From: a virus
Length of the DNA: 64,000 nt
Strand: one strand, 5' to 3'
IMG/VR virus record: IMGVR_UViG_3300045988_112906
Position numbers and translations under genes: made by a program. The notes below the pieces were generated by a model. It was not told where the DNA came from, ran no database searches, and was given only the letters and a program-made list of their open reading frames with translations. Below are positions 37,591 through 47,067 of this stretch, one piece after another (position 1 is the stretch's first letter; each line of letters opens with the position of its first letter).

Positions 37591-39673
37591 TCTCGTAACT
37601 GAGAATCAGAAGCGTTACGATGAAATTTATGGCACCTATGACCCTATTACTGGCGAAGGGTGTTATAACTTCGAAAATCGTGTTCTGATAGAGTTGGACG
37701 ATTTCTTCATTCCCAAGATGTGGGTTCCCAAGAAGACAGCCAAGTCTGTTCTGTACAGGGGACTGAGAAAGATGGGTAGTTTGAAGGATTACAATAAATA
37801 TGTTCTACACAAGAAGGATGATGCCCAACATTTCAAGACATTAACCTTTGCCATCTGTAGAACCAGATTTATGGAAGACCCAGAATTTGCACTGTACATG
37901 ACCGACAAGATTGAGGATAAGGTGACGGGTGACATGATTCCGTTTAAGCTGAACTATCCACAAAGATTGCTTCTGAAGATATTTGAGGATTTGCGAACCA
38001 ACAGGAAGGCTATCCGAGTAGTTATCTTGAAAGCCCGTCAGTGGGGAGGCTCTACTTTAACTCAGCTCTATATAAAATGGCTACAGGATTTCCGCAGAGA
38101 TGGCTGGAATGCCATTGTGCTTGCCCAACAGAAGAATACGGCTAAGAAGATTAAGGCGATGTACCGAAAAGCCTTGGAGCATCAGCCGGGCTGGACCATC
38201 GGAAGACCAGGAGTCAAGTTACAATTCTCTCCTTACGAGAACTCGCCTGATGATTTCCAGGTGACAGACGGAATAAGGGCTATAAGAAGAAGTACGCTGA
38301 CCGTGGCATCCTTCGAGAACTTCGATTCCGTGCGTGGTAGCAACTTCCACTGTGCCCACTATTCTGAGGTTGCCTATTGGAAGAAGACCCCAGAGCATGA
38401 TCCTGAGGGTGTGATTTCCTCTATTTCGGGTGGTATCAGAAACCAAGAGGATAACTTGGAGGTATTCGAGAGTACCGGCAAGGGTAACTCTGGCTTCTTC
38501 TATGAGAAATGCCAGTTGGCTATGGACCCAAAGAACAATGATGCCTATTCCTTCCTATTTATCCCTTGCTTCTTCATCGAGCACGATATGGAGGAAGTGA
38601 AGAGTGAACGAGCCTTTGCCAAATGGCTTTTGGAAAACAAGGATAAGAGTACCAACCCGAAGGGCTACCGAGAGACCGGAAAGTTCTTCTGGCGTATGTG
38701 GGAGAAGGGAGCCTGCTTCCAAGCTATCGAGTGGTACAGAAACTTCCGCAACAAGTTTACCACCCATTCCTTCTGTGCTACCGAGGCACCAGTGGATGAG
38801 GAAGATGCTTTCCGTAACTCTGGTAATCTGGTCTTCAACCCCTACTCTATTGATGATTTACAGAAGAAGTACAAGCGTGAGCCAATCTATACCGCCGACA
38901 TCATCATTGACGGCAACAAGAATGAGTCTTCCATCGAAAAGTCGAAGATAAGTATCCGAACAGATGGTGATGGAGACTTGAAGATCTGGGCAGTACCGAA
39001 CTGTCTAAAAGTGGAGAACAGATACTTGGTGAGTGTGGATATTGGCGGTAAATCCTCGACTTCCGACTATACCGTGATGACGGTGATAGACAGATTCGAC
39101 ATTATGCCTACCATCAAGGGAAAGCCGAAGGTGGTGGCAAGATGGAGAGGACACGTAAGACACGACAAGCTGGCGTGGATGGCGGCAGCATTGGCGCATT
39201 ACTACGATGATGCACTGCTGGTAATCGAGAGCAACACGGCAGATAGAGAGAAGAACAACAATACGGAAGGCGACCACTTCGGAAGTATCTTGAACGAGAT
39301 TGCCGACTATTACGACAATCTGTATCAGCGCACCACAAGCCCTGAGGACGTGAGCGATGATGTGCTTGCCAAGTATGGATTCCAGACCAATAAGTTGACG
39401 AAGGGTTGGGTGATTGATAATCTAGAGCAGTTCGTGGATGATATGCTCTGGGATGAGCCAGACCGGGAGATGTATCATGAGCTGAGAATCTACGAGCGGC
39501 ATGATGATGGAAGTCTTGGCAATATCGTGGGCAACGGAAACCATGATGATGTACTGATGAGTACTGCCATCGGGTTGTGGGTAAGCGCCAACGATATGGA
39601 GAAGCCGAAATGGAAACAAAAGGAAAGAACAAGCAGCGGTGGCGACGGCGTTCACTCTGCTGCGAAAATTTAA
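37559..39673 (+). CDS. terL: Terminase large subunit
   Basis: Walker A-like ILKARQWGGST, Walker B/catalytic HYSEVAYW, and the RNaseH-like nuclease motif YLVSVDIGG. Confidence 0.75.
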   Translation: MAQVTEKEIDNLVTENQKRYDEIYGTYDPITGEGCYNFENRVLIELDDFFIPKMWVPKKTAKSVLYRGLRKMGSLKDYNKYVLHKKDDAQHFKTLTFAICRTRFMEDPEFALYMTDKIEDKVTGDMIPFKLNYPQRLLLKIFEDLRTNRKAIRVVILKARQWGGSTLTQLYIKWLQDFRRDGWNAIVLAQQKNTAKKIKAMYRKALEHQPGWTIGRPGVKLQFSPYENSPDDFQVTDGIRAIRRSTLTVASFENFDSVRGSNFHCAHYSEVAYWKKTPEHDPEGVISSISGGIRNQEDNLEVFESTGKGNSGFFYEKCQLAMDPKNNDAYSFLFIPCFFIEHDMEEVKSERAFAKWLLENKDKSTNPKGYRETGKFFWRMWEKGACFQAIEWYRNFRNKFTTHSFCATEAPVDEEDAFRNSGNLVFNPYSIDDLQKKYKREPIYTADIIIDGNKNESSIEKSKISIRTDGDGDLKIWAVPNCLKVENRYLVSVDIGGKSSTSDYTVMTVIDRFDIMPTIKGKPKVVARWRGHVRHDKLAWMAAALAHYYDDALLVIESNTADREKNNNTEGDHFGSILNEIADYYDNLYQRTTSPEDVSDDVLAKYGFQTNKLTKGWVIDNLEQFVDDMLWDEPDREMYHELRIYERHDDGSLGNIVGNGNHDDVLMSTAIGLWVSANDMEKPKWKQKERTSSGGDGVHSAAKI

Positions 39674-39685
39674 AGATATTGAGTT

Positions 39686-42436
39686 ATGGAGAGAAACTTG
39701 GATAGAAAGACTTTGAGTTTCAGCAAGGGTATGACGAACGTACCGAGTGACTTGCTGAGTGAAGATAGCGAGCTTGCCTATTCGCAAAACATCATATATA
39801 GGAATGGTGAAATGGTCCCGATTCAGAAGATGAAGCCTTTCGGAACGGTGGGCGGCACGATTCTGTTTGTCCATAAAATGGCAGACTTCGAGAATATCAT
39901 TACCTATGACAAGTATGTTGGGGATAGTGGCGAGAACAAATATACCATCAGATGCTACAAGAAGAGCGACCTAAGCGCTCCGATTGGAGAATTTGAGGGA
40001 GAAGGAGAAGTGAAGGATGCACAGGCGGTGGGGAATACTCTGGTACTGGCTACAGATAATGGACTGAGATACATCCTTTATAAATCAGATACCTACAAGG
40101 ATTTGGGAATGAATATCCCTAACCTGAAATGCAACTTCACCTTCGAGAAGCCAACCAACAACTACATACCAGAAGAGAGCGAAAGAACTCTGATGAATAT
40201 TTCCAACGATGTTGATGGACCTGATGCCTGGAAATGTTATTATGATGCGAATGGAAAATTCCTACATGCTGCTGGAGATGAACCTAGCGGAATATTCCAA
40301 CAAGGTACGTATCACCATTTCTCCATCAAAGTATCTACAGACGGCTCACACGAAAAAGGCTTTCAGGAAACAGTTCAAGGGCATGTTGCCCAAGCTATCA
40401 ACTGGGTAAAAAGCAAGAATATGTTTGCGTTCCCTTTCTTTATCAGGTGCGCATTCAGACTCTTCGATGGCTCTTATGCCAAGATTACTACCCCATATAT
40501 CTGCTATCCTACCATTAACAGAAACTGCCGTTTCAGCTCTGCGACTTTCGACCGTACCCATAACACATATATGGATCTTAGGCAAATGACAGGAAAAGAA
40601 AGTATCTTTTACTTCATCGAGTATAGCGAACTGAAATTCAAGTTTGAACCGATAAGCAATGATTGGAGAGGCATTATCAAGGAAATTGTAGTCTTTGCCT
40701 CTGATCAGGTCCTGCCATTCCGTTTAGATAGCGGTTGGAAATTAGTTTCCCCAAACGATACCTACATGAAGCCTTCCGCTAATTTCGGCTACGACAAGTA
40801 TAGAGAGCTTCCGTTTGACTACGACAAGCAAGCGATGGCTTCCCATACCATCACGGTACACAGCGAAATTCAGCCGGAATATAAAACGGACCAGGAAATC
40901 ATAGATGAACTGCTGACAAAATCACAGTTCTACAAACTGTTTTCTGTAAAGGCATCGGATAAGGTTATGGATGGAAACTGGCATTACTCGGTTAACGGAA
41001 TAAAGGACGGAGATAGAACGTTCATTGCGAAAGGAGTTGTTGAGAATCTTACGACACAAACCCAACTGAATGTTGATGATTATTACGGATGGGCAAAGGC
41101 TACAGCAGAAAGACTGTACACCTATAACGGCAGACTTCAAGCTATCGGATTGTTGCGCTATCCATTTGGTGGTTTCTCGAATTTTACAGGAAGAGACTTG
41201 ACTGGCGATGATTATTACTATATGTACACCCATATCGTGACGAACACTTCTGATACTTGGGCGATGAATATCGCTTCGGTGAATAAGTCGTTCCTGCGTG
41301 GATGGATTTATTATCCAGACCCAAACGCTACGGAAATCATTCTTTATTCGGGCGAGAAATATCTTAGAATTCCATTAACCATACACCCAATGTTGAACGG
41401 CTCCTATTCGTTCACCAATCTTCCGTCAGCTGAAGGTGATGCGGAATTTGAAAGTATCACCGAAGATGAAATGATAGAACTGGTCAAGAACCTTAACCAG
41501 CCCGAATATCTTGATTCCCAGATTTTCACTTCTGTAGTGAACAATCCGTTTGTATTTGAGGCATCGGGCGATAACACCGTGGGTACTGGTAAGATTCTTG
41601 GTATCGTGGCTAATACGGAGGCGGTAAGTCAGGGACAGTTCGGTCAATATCCTCTGCTCGTCTTTACCGATGAAGGCATCTATGCCATGAGCGTGAATGC
41701 AGAGGGTCTTTACTCCAGCATACACCCTATATCCAGAGAGGTTTGCAATAATGCCGATTCCATCACCCCTACCGACAAGGTGGTTTACTTCACTTCCGAG
41801 AAGGGATTGATGGCTACATCGGGCGGCGAGGCGATTTGCGTATCGGGGCAGTTGAGCGGTGGAAAGAACAAAGGATTGCCAAGCGACTTCCTGCCTTTCA
41901 AGACTTTCTTGGAGAACTGCCTGATAGCCTATGACTACAAGGCTTCGCTGCTGAGAATATTCAACAAGAAGACCAGCTATCACTATGTATATAATATGGT
42001 GGATAAGATTTTCTCTATCTCCCACAACTATACAAGCAGCAAGATTTTCTGTAGAACGGTAGCCAACAACTATCCCGACAATCTTGTGCAGTTTGATGAT
42101 AGTACCGTTTATTCCCTTGCCAACATTCCATTGGCAGAGGATGATGCCAACGACTATTACTGCGTAATAACTACCCGACCCCTGAAACTGGGCGGCTCTA
42201 CCATTCTGAAATCATTGAGGGGCTTGAAGCATCTTTTCGATTCTGATGCCGGCACGGTAAGTGTAACGGTCTATGGCTCCAACAACGGCAAGGACTGGGT
42301 TGCGCTGCAGAGCCTCTTCGGCAAACCGTGGAAATACTTCAAGCTGGAGTATTCTTTCAAGAACTTCAAGGCAAGCGATTCCTTTGCCGGGTCCATCATA
42401 GAGACCCAGAGCAGAAGAGAAGACAAGATAAGATAA
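39686..42436 (+). CDS. Large virion structural protein (916 aa; function unassigned, possibly tail or adaptor)
   Basis: Long ORF that ends the rightward structural operon. Confidence 0.6.
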   Translation: MERNLDRKTLSFSKGMTNVPSDLLSEDSELAYSQNIIYRNGEMVPIQKMKPFGTVGGTILFVHKMADFENIITYDKYVGDSGENKYTIRCYKKSDLSAPIGEFEGEGEVKDAQAVGNTLVLATDNGLRYILYKSDTYKDLGMNIPNLKCNFTFEKPTNNYIPEESERTLMNISNDVDGPDAWKCYYDANGKFLHAAGDEPSGIFQQGTYHHFSIKVSTDGSHEKGFQETVQGHVAQAINWVKSKNMFAFPFFIRCAFRLFDGSYAKITTPYICYPTINRNCRFSSATFDRTHNTYMDLRQMTGKESIFYFIEYSELKFKFEPISNDWRGIIKEIVVFASDQVLPFRLDSGWKLVSPNDTYMKPSANFGYDKYRELPFDYDKQAMASHTITVHSEIQPEYKTDQEIIDELLTKSQFYKLFSVKASDKVMDGNWHYSVNGIKDGDRTFIAKGVVENLTTQTQLNVDDYYGWAKATAERLYTYNGRLQAIGLLRYPFGGFSNFTGRDLTGDDYYYMYTHIVTNTSDTWAMNIASVNKSFLRGWIYYPDPNATEIILYSGEKYLRIPLTIHPMLNGSYSFTNLPSAEGDAEFESITEDEMIELVKNLNQPEYLDSQIFTSVVNNPFVFEASGDNTVGTGKILGIVANTEAVSQGQFGQYPLLVFTDEGIYAMSVNAEGLYSSIHPISREVCNNADSITPTDKVVYFTSEKGLMATSGGEAICVSGQLSGGKNKGLPSDFLPFKTFLENCLIAYDYKASLLRIFNKKTSYHYVYNMVDKIFSISHNYTSSKIFCRTVANNYPDNLVQFDDSTVYSLANIPLAEDDANDYYCVITTRPLKLGGSTILKSLRGLKHLFDSDAGTVSVTVYGSNNGKDWVALQSLFGKPWKYFKLEYSFKNFKASDSFAGSIIETQSRREDKIR

Positions 42437-42463
42437 GTCCTTCCATAAGTTTGATAACATCAA

Positions 42464-42496
42464 GAAGGCGGCTACTCGTGATGAGCAGTCGCCTTC
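42464..42496. terminator. Hairpin between convergent genes
   Basis: GAAGGCGGCTACTC-GTGAT-GAGCAGTCGCCTTC forms a 14-bp stem with one mismatch and one G-U pair. Confidence 0.55.
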
Positions 42497-42517
42497 GACA
42501 TTAAAACACTAACAAAC

Positions 42518-43003
42518 TTATGCTGAACGTCTCCGTTCTATGTAGATTATAAACCATTCCATCAAATAACCTATGACGAAGCAATAAAGGTGGAGGCATC
42601 CGTTCACGTTATTCAACAGCATCGTGAAGAGGATGAAGGGTCCAGCCTTTCTGATTGCATCTTTCCATCGTCCTGTCCTGCCCCACATCACACCGAAGAC
42701 GGCGAAGAGGAACCCAGACAAACCCATCGTTGGCTCGGTGACGAACATCGGCAGATAACTGGCTGCTACGGCTACCGCAAAAGCCTTGACAGGCGAAATC
42801 CTGCCCTTGATCTGCCAGAGTACCAGCAGATTGATGGCAAGATGAAAGCCATTGACGTGGAAGAAGCTGTACAGTAGATGATTCTCCCAGGGGCATCCGT
42901 GATAGAAGCCTATGTGCCAAGTGCAAAGAATGATGCAGATGAGCGACAGAAACGCCTTCAATCTGAAACTATTCGTGCTTACCATCCCTGTAACCTTTCC
43001 CAT
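42518..43003 (-). CDS. Compact rhomboid-family intramembrane serine protease-like protein (161 aa, about 6 TM helices)
   Basis: FFHVNGFHLAINLLVLW fits HxxxN, TMGLSGFLFAVFG fits GxSG, and GCLHLYCFVIGYL supplies a TM6 His with GxxxG. Confidence 0.6.
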   Translation of the reverse strand: MGKVTGMVSTNSFRLKAFLSLICIILCTWHIGFYHGCPWENHLLYSFFHVNGFHLAINLLVLWQIKGRISPVKAFAVAVAASYLPMFVTEPTMGLSGFLFAVFGVMWGRTGRWKDAIRKAGPFILFTMLLNNVNGCLHLYCFVIGYLMEWFIIYIERRRSA

Positions 43004-43394
43004 ATCGCTTGCAATTATAGAAAATATCCTCTGCAGAACGAGGAGACAGGAAGAATTCGGGGGCTGGCTCTCCTACCAGAAACTGGCAGATGAAATGGAG
43101 CGACTGCCCGATAAACTCCTTCTTCTGAGATACTGCGTTCAATCTATCGAACAGAGAATAGTACATTCTCCTTCTCGGTTCCGTCATGGCATCCACCTCA
43201 GAGAAATCGCCTACCACCATTTTTCTGAGCTTCTCGAATGCCTGCTTCGGATTCACATAATATCTCGGTGCGGGATGAGATACTATCTTCGCCCACGCCT
43301 CCTTTGCGGTGTGGCAGGTGGGTGCTACCTCACGATAAGTCTTCATCAGGTCTTCCCGTTGCTTTTCCGTCAAGCTATAATTGGTTTTCGTCAT
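42969..43394 (-). CDS. Hypothetical protein
   Basis: 141-aa ORF. Its start sits in AAGCGTATG. Confidence 0.6.
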   Translation of the reverse strand: MTKTNYSLTEKQREDLMKTYREVAPTCHTAKEAWAKIVSHPAPRYYVNPKQAFEKLRKMVVGDFSEVDAMTEPRRRMYYSLFDRLNAVSQKKEFIGQSLHFICQFLVGEPAPEFFLSPRSAEDIFYNCKRYGKGYRDGKHE

Positions 43395-43508
43395 ACGCTT
43401 TACTCGTTAAATCGTACTGCAAAGGTACGAATAATCTAGAATACGTCCAAATAAATAATATATTTTAATATTTTGCTCATTTTTTATGGTTTTGTGCAGG
43501 AATATTTT

Positions 43509-43518
43509 TATCTTTGCA
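43509..43518 (+). promoter_or_regulatory. -7 box 10-mer TATCTTTGCA
   Basis: About 80 nt upstream of ATG 43596. Confidence 0.55.
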
Positions 43519-43595
43519 CCGACTAAAACATTTAGCTACCGTTTTCTAATAAACAGCAACTAGATCAACGATATCAACATAAAATTGAAACAAAA

Positions 43596-44159
43596 ATGAA
43601 AAAGAGTATTAACAACGCTCTTTCAGAAGAAGAGCAAGAGCTGGTTCTGCAAGGTTTGCTGAGCCGCAAAATTTGGAGATTCTATGAACTCCTGGCAAAA
43701 TGGGCACCCATACCGCTGATGCTAGGGCACTGGTATGGAGTTTGGGACTATGGGCGTTACCCAAGACCTACCGTACTTGATACGGCTGATAACGGAAATT
43801 GTATCATCTGGATTTACTTTCTGGCATACGTGTATATGCCAATCTGCATGATACCAGTGAGCTTCTTCTTCAGATACTGCTGGATTTTCCGCATCCCATT
43901 CTTCTACTTCATTGGCATCAATGCCATCAGACTGTATTATCGGCACTGGCTCATCACGCCAGACCAACTGGAGACGCACCATGTATTTATCATTTTTACA
44001 TTAATATTATATGCCTATGGATTTATCAAGATCGCTATCACACGTAGCAAATGCCGCATTTCAGATGTTTCAGAACGGAGAATGCGGTTTTTCGGAAGAA
44101 GAAGAGAGAATCGTACAGAGAAACCTTCTGTACTGGATGGAAAGAAGACATCACTTTGA
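43596..44159 (+). CDS. Multi-pass membrane protein
   Basis: Several hydrophobic helices. It is the first gene after the promoter box. Confidence 0.6.
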   Translation: MKKSINNALSEEEQELVLQGLLSRKIWRFYELLAKWAPIPLMLGHWYGVWDYGRYPRPTVLDTADNGNCIIWIYFLAYVYMPICMIPVSFFFRYCWIFRIPFFYFIGINAIRLYYRHWLITPDQLETHHVFIIFTLILYAYGFIKIAITRSKCRISDVSERRMRFFGRRRENRTEKPSVLDGKKTSL

Positions 44160-44478
44160 TGAGAAGCTGGGAAGAGCCTGCATCGCCAACATCTACTATT
44201 TCAAGGATGATGTGACCAAGGAGTATGCTCCATTCTTCGGTTACGAGGAAATGAAGGAGGAGTACGACAAGCAGGCTTGGATGATTCCCGACTACACGAT
44301 GTGGGATTTTGCCGTGACCATGAACAAGATGTTTGCAGAAAACATTGATGTGATTGGCAAATGGTCGAGAAGCAAGGAGACCCTGAAGAAGAGAATCTCC
44401 GAACTATCAGTGAGTTTCCTCTGCGACGAGTCAACCAATCACCCCACCGATAAAATTTGGTGGTACATGAACAGTTAG
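44011..44478 (+). CDS. Hypothetical protein
   Basis: The ORF overlaps the previous gene. The likely real start is ATG 44065 (MFQNGE...). Confidence 0.55.
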   Translation: MPMDLSRSLSHVANAAFQMFQNGECGFSEEEERIVQRNLLYWMERRHHFDEKLGRACIANIYYFKDDVTKEYAPFFGYEEMKEEYDKQAWMIPDYTMWDFAVTMNKMFAENIDVIGKWSRSKETLKKRISELSVSFLCDESTNHPTDKIWWYMNS

Positions 44479-44520
44479 ACGGAAACACGGAAAAAGCTAT
44501 CTGAAAACCCCTTATCTTTG
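44479..44520 (+). promoter_or_regulatory. Late promoter: ACGGAAACACGG-N22-TATCTTTG, ahead of the lysis cassette
   Basis: The element lies at 44479-44490 and the box at 44513-44520. The architecture is identical to the 33.1-kb pair. Confidence 0.6.
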
Positions 44521-44538
44521 CGCCATTAATCAATATTA

Positions 44539-44997
44539 ATGGTATATATGGCAGAGATTATTCATACATTTTTGCAAGAGCACCTGTACAGATCGGCATT
44601 GGTTATTGCCATCTGCATGGGTGCTCTTATCATTTCTATGGGCGTGGACCTGTTCTTTGGCATCAAGAAAGCGAAGGAGAACGGACTGGCTACGACAAGT
44701 ACAGGATTCAAGAAGACTTGCGACAAGGCGAGGAAATACTTCTCTCCCTTCATGGTGACGGTCTGCATAGACCTGATAGCCTGTACGGTTCTCCCCTTCC
44801 CTGTCTTCTCTATGATATGGGCAGGCTATTGCGTGTTCTGTGAATTTGTAAGCGTAAGAGAGAAGAGCTGGCAGAAGGCTGAGATACGGAAGCAGGAGAA
44901 AACGGTAAGCATTCTTCTGGAGAACAAAGAAGACTTGGCTAGGGCTTTTGCCGAGATTATGAAGGAACTGGAAAAGGAGAAGGAGGGCAAGGTATGA
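44539..44997 (+). CDS. Holin-like membrane protein
   Basis: Two or three TM helices and a charged C-terminal tail. Lies immediately upstream of, and overlaps, the amidase gene. Confidence 0.55.
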   Translation: MVYMAEIIHTFLQEHLYRSALVIAICMGALIISMGVDLFFGIKKAKENGLATTSTGFKKTCDKARKYFSPFMVTVCIDLIACTVLPFPVFSMIWAGYCVFCEFVSVREKSWQKAEIRKQEKTVSILLENKEDLARAFAEIMKELEKEKEGKV

Positions 44998-45416
44998 GAC
45001 TGATTGAGAGAATTTTCGTTCACTGTACTGCCTCTTCTCAGAAATGGGGCGTAAAGGAGCTTTGGGATGAGTTTAAGCGCAAGGGCTGGAAGAACCCCGG
45101 CTATCACTATGTAATTACCAAGGATGGTGGCATACACCAGATGCTGCCGGTAGAAATGGTTAGCAACGGTGTGAAGGGATATAATTCTACTGCCATCAAT
45201 ATTGCCTATGTGGGCGGTATCGACTCGAAGGGAAAGGCTGTAGATAACAGAACCAAGGAGCAGAAGGATGCTCTGGTTACCCTGCTTAGACAGCTGAAAA
45301 AGAAATATCCGAATGCGGCGATTATGGGGCATCGTGACATTTGGGGGGCAGACAAGTCGAAGTGGAAGAAGATGTGCCCTTGTTTTAATGCGAAAGAGGA
45401 ATATAAAAATCTATAG
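44994..45416 (+). CDS. N-acetylmuramoyl-L-alanine amidase endolysin (PGRP / amidase_2 type)
   Basis: IFVHCTAS...GYHYVITKDG...GYNSTAINIAYVGG...MGHRD...CPCF. Confidence 0.8.
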   Translation: MRLIERIFVHCTASSQKWGVKELWDEFKRKGWKNPGYHYVITKDGGIHQMLPVEMVSNGVKGYNSTAINIAYVGGIDSKGKAVDNRTKEQKDALVTLLRQLKKKYPNAAIMGHRDIWGADKSKWKKMCPCFNAKEEYKNL

Positions 45417-45419
45417 CGT

Positions 45420-45860
45420 ATGAAGTGGTATGACATAAAATTTTGGAAATGGACTTGCATCGGTTTAGTGGTTGGAGTTATCCTACTGGCATTTACTAGC
45501 TGCAAGACCAAGGAGTATGTGAAGGTTCCCGAGTATCATACTGAGTATATTGTGAGAAGTGATACTATCGCCAAAATGGATAGTGTGTATGTGAAGGATT
45601 CGGTTTATGTGTATCAGAAGGGTGATACCGTGGTTATAAGCAAGATTGCCTATCGGGACCGATACCGCAATATATATAAGGTGAAGCTTGATACCATCTT
45701 CAAGCATGATTCAGTTTCCGTGCCAGTACCAGTTGAGCGGCAACTTACCAAAAGTGAGCAGAGATTAATGACACTGGGAAGATGCTATATCGGATTTCTT
45801 TTCCTGTTGGCTGTATGCGCCATCGGCTTTGCCTTCTGGTATCACAATAAAAAGTGCTAG
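45420..45860 (+). CDS. Unimolecular spanin-like protein (N-terminal lipobox plus C-terminal TM helix)
   Basis: LLAFTSC lipobox and the C-terminal helix IGFLFLLAVCAIGFAFW. Follows the endolysin gene. Confidence 0.6.
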   Translation: MKWYDIKFWKWTCIGLVVGVILLAFTSCKTKEYVKVPEYHTEYIVRSDTIAKMDSVYVKDSVYVYQKGDTVVISKIAYRDRYRNIYKVKLDTIFKHDSVSVPVPVERQLTKSEQRLMTLGRCYIGFLFLLAVCAIGFAFWYHNKKC

Positions 45861-45863
45861 CTT

Positions 45864-46175
45864 ATGGGAAAGATTAGCGAAGAACTCCAAATGATAGACT
45901 CGCTCCTGATGGAATTTCATGAGCGGATTCAGTCGGGGCGATGCCTTACCAATAAGCTTCAGAACAAAATGATGCTGAATTTCCTGCATCAGATTGCCAA
46001 CAAGGATGAGCCGATCAGTAAAGCTGAGGCTTGCGGTTATGTCAAAGTTTCCAGGGCTACCTTTGACCGGCTGGTGAAAGAAGGAAGGCTTCCTAAGGGA
46101 CGGAAGCGCAAGGGCTGGACCGAACTTGTTTGGTATGAAAAGGATTTGGATAAGTACATAGATAAGTTGATTTAG
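45864..46175 (+). CDS. Small HTH DNA-binding protein (excisionase / MerR-like)
   Basis: ISKAEACGYVKVSRATFDRLVKEGRLPKGRK. Confidence 0.55.
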   Translation: MGKISEELQMIDSLLMEFHERIQSGRCLTNKLQNKMMLNFLHQIANKDEPISKAEACGYVKVSRATFDRLVKEGRLPKGRKRKGWTELVWYEKDLDKYIDKLI

Positions 46176-46232
46176 GTATAATTTTAGGTTTTTGTTTTTA
46201 TAGGTTAGACGTTTGTTTATTTAGCTAAAAAT

Positions 46233-46260
46233 CCCCACCCGGCTGTGAAGCTAGGTGGGA
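46233..46260. terminator. Hairpin between convergent genes
   Basis: A TCCCCACC...GGTGGGA stem. Confidence 0.45.
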
Positions 46261-46268
46261 ATTGTAGT

Positions 46269-46610
46269 TTACTCTCCAAGAATATCCTTGATTTTCTTTT
46301 CGATGAACTCATTAGAAGTGAGTTTCTTAATAAGTTCATCTATATCAGGTAACTCTGCATCAACTCCGACTTCCTGATTTTTGGAGGAAACATATTCCTT
46401 TAGTGCTTTCATCCAAGAACTATTAGCCATGTCTGCCAACGAATCTTTTTTGCTCTCGTAGGCTTTCTTCACCTCTCCGTTATCTCGGAAATATCTGAGC
46501 ACTTCCGTTAATGCAACAATGAAGTTCTTGTCTATCATCGGGTTGCTCTTTGCCTCTTCCAGTTTAAGCATCAGGAAGAGCAATGATGAATGTAAATCTG
46601 TTTTGTTCAT
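46269..46610 (-). CDS. Early-region hypothetical protein
   Basis: 113-aa ORF. Confidence 0.6.
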   Translation of the reverse strand: MNKTDLHSSLLFLMLKLEEAKSNPMIDKNFIVALTEVLRYFRDNGEVKKAYESKKDSLADMANSSWMKALKEYVSSKNQEVGVDAELPDIDELIKKLTSNEFIEKKIKDILGE

Positions 46611-46613
46611 AAT

Positions 46614-46697
46614 TTAATCCTTTCTTCTACGATTTTTGATATGTAATGCTAAAGCGCAAAACGACAACAATAGCACTAATAATTGTCCTGCTTCCAT
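46614..46697 (-). CDS. 27-aa single-TM micro-protein (not in the ORF track)
   Basis: MEAGQLLVLLLSFCALALHIKNRRRKD. Its stop lies 3 nt before the next ATG. Confidence 0.35.
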   Translation of the reverse strand: MEAGQLLVLLLSFCALALHIKNRRRKD

Positions 46698-46743
46698 ATT
46701 ACTTTTCCTCCATTATTTTCTTTGCCAATCTAATCTTCATACG

Positions 46744-46920
46744 CTAATTAATTCCCTCCTCAATCGTTTTGAGATAGTAAAGTGTATTACCGATACATGT
46801 AAGTTCCTTGCAAGGACTTTTATAAGTCTCATAGATTTGTTCCAAATCCTTGATAAATTGTTGTAGCTTAATTTTATCCTCCCAATCGAGAACTACTACT
46901 TTTCTTGTTTCTTTTTTCAT
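46744..46920 (-). CDS. 58-aa hypothetical protein (not in the ORF track)
   Basis: Both its start and its stop sit in TAGCGTATG junctions. Confidence 0.5.
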   Translation of the reverse strand: MKKETRKVVVLDWEDKIKLQQFIKDLEQIYETYKSPCKELTCIGNTLYYLKTIEEGIN

Positions 46921-46923
46921 ACG

Positions 46924-47064
46924 CTAAAAGATTAATTGTTTGTTTCTACTGAGAACATGGAGATATTTTCTTCTCCAAGCTAAATTGTTTTCTACTTTAA
47001 TATGCCCGTCTGGGAATTGATGTACTCTATCCCAATAAGCAAACATAGAGAATATACTTTTCAT
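46924..47064 (-). CDS. 46-aa hypothetical protein (not in the ORF track)
   Basis: Both its start and its stop sit in TAGCGTATG junctions. Confidence 0.45.
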   Translation of the reverse strand: MKSIFSMFAYWDRVHQFPDGHIKVENNLAWRRKYLHVLSRNKQLIF

Positions 47065-47067
47065 ACG

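Noticed and set aside
45864-46175. An integration module or attP site near the excisionase-like HTH gene or the tRNA-like genes.
   Set aside because: No integrase or recombinase ORF is present anywhere in the window, so no att site can be supported.
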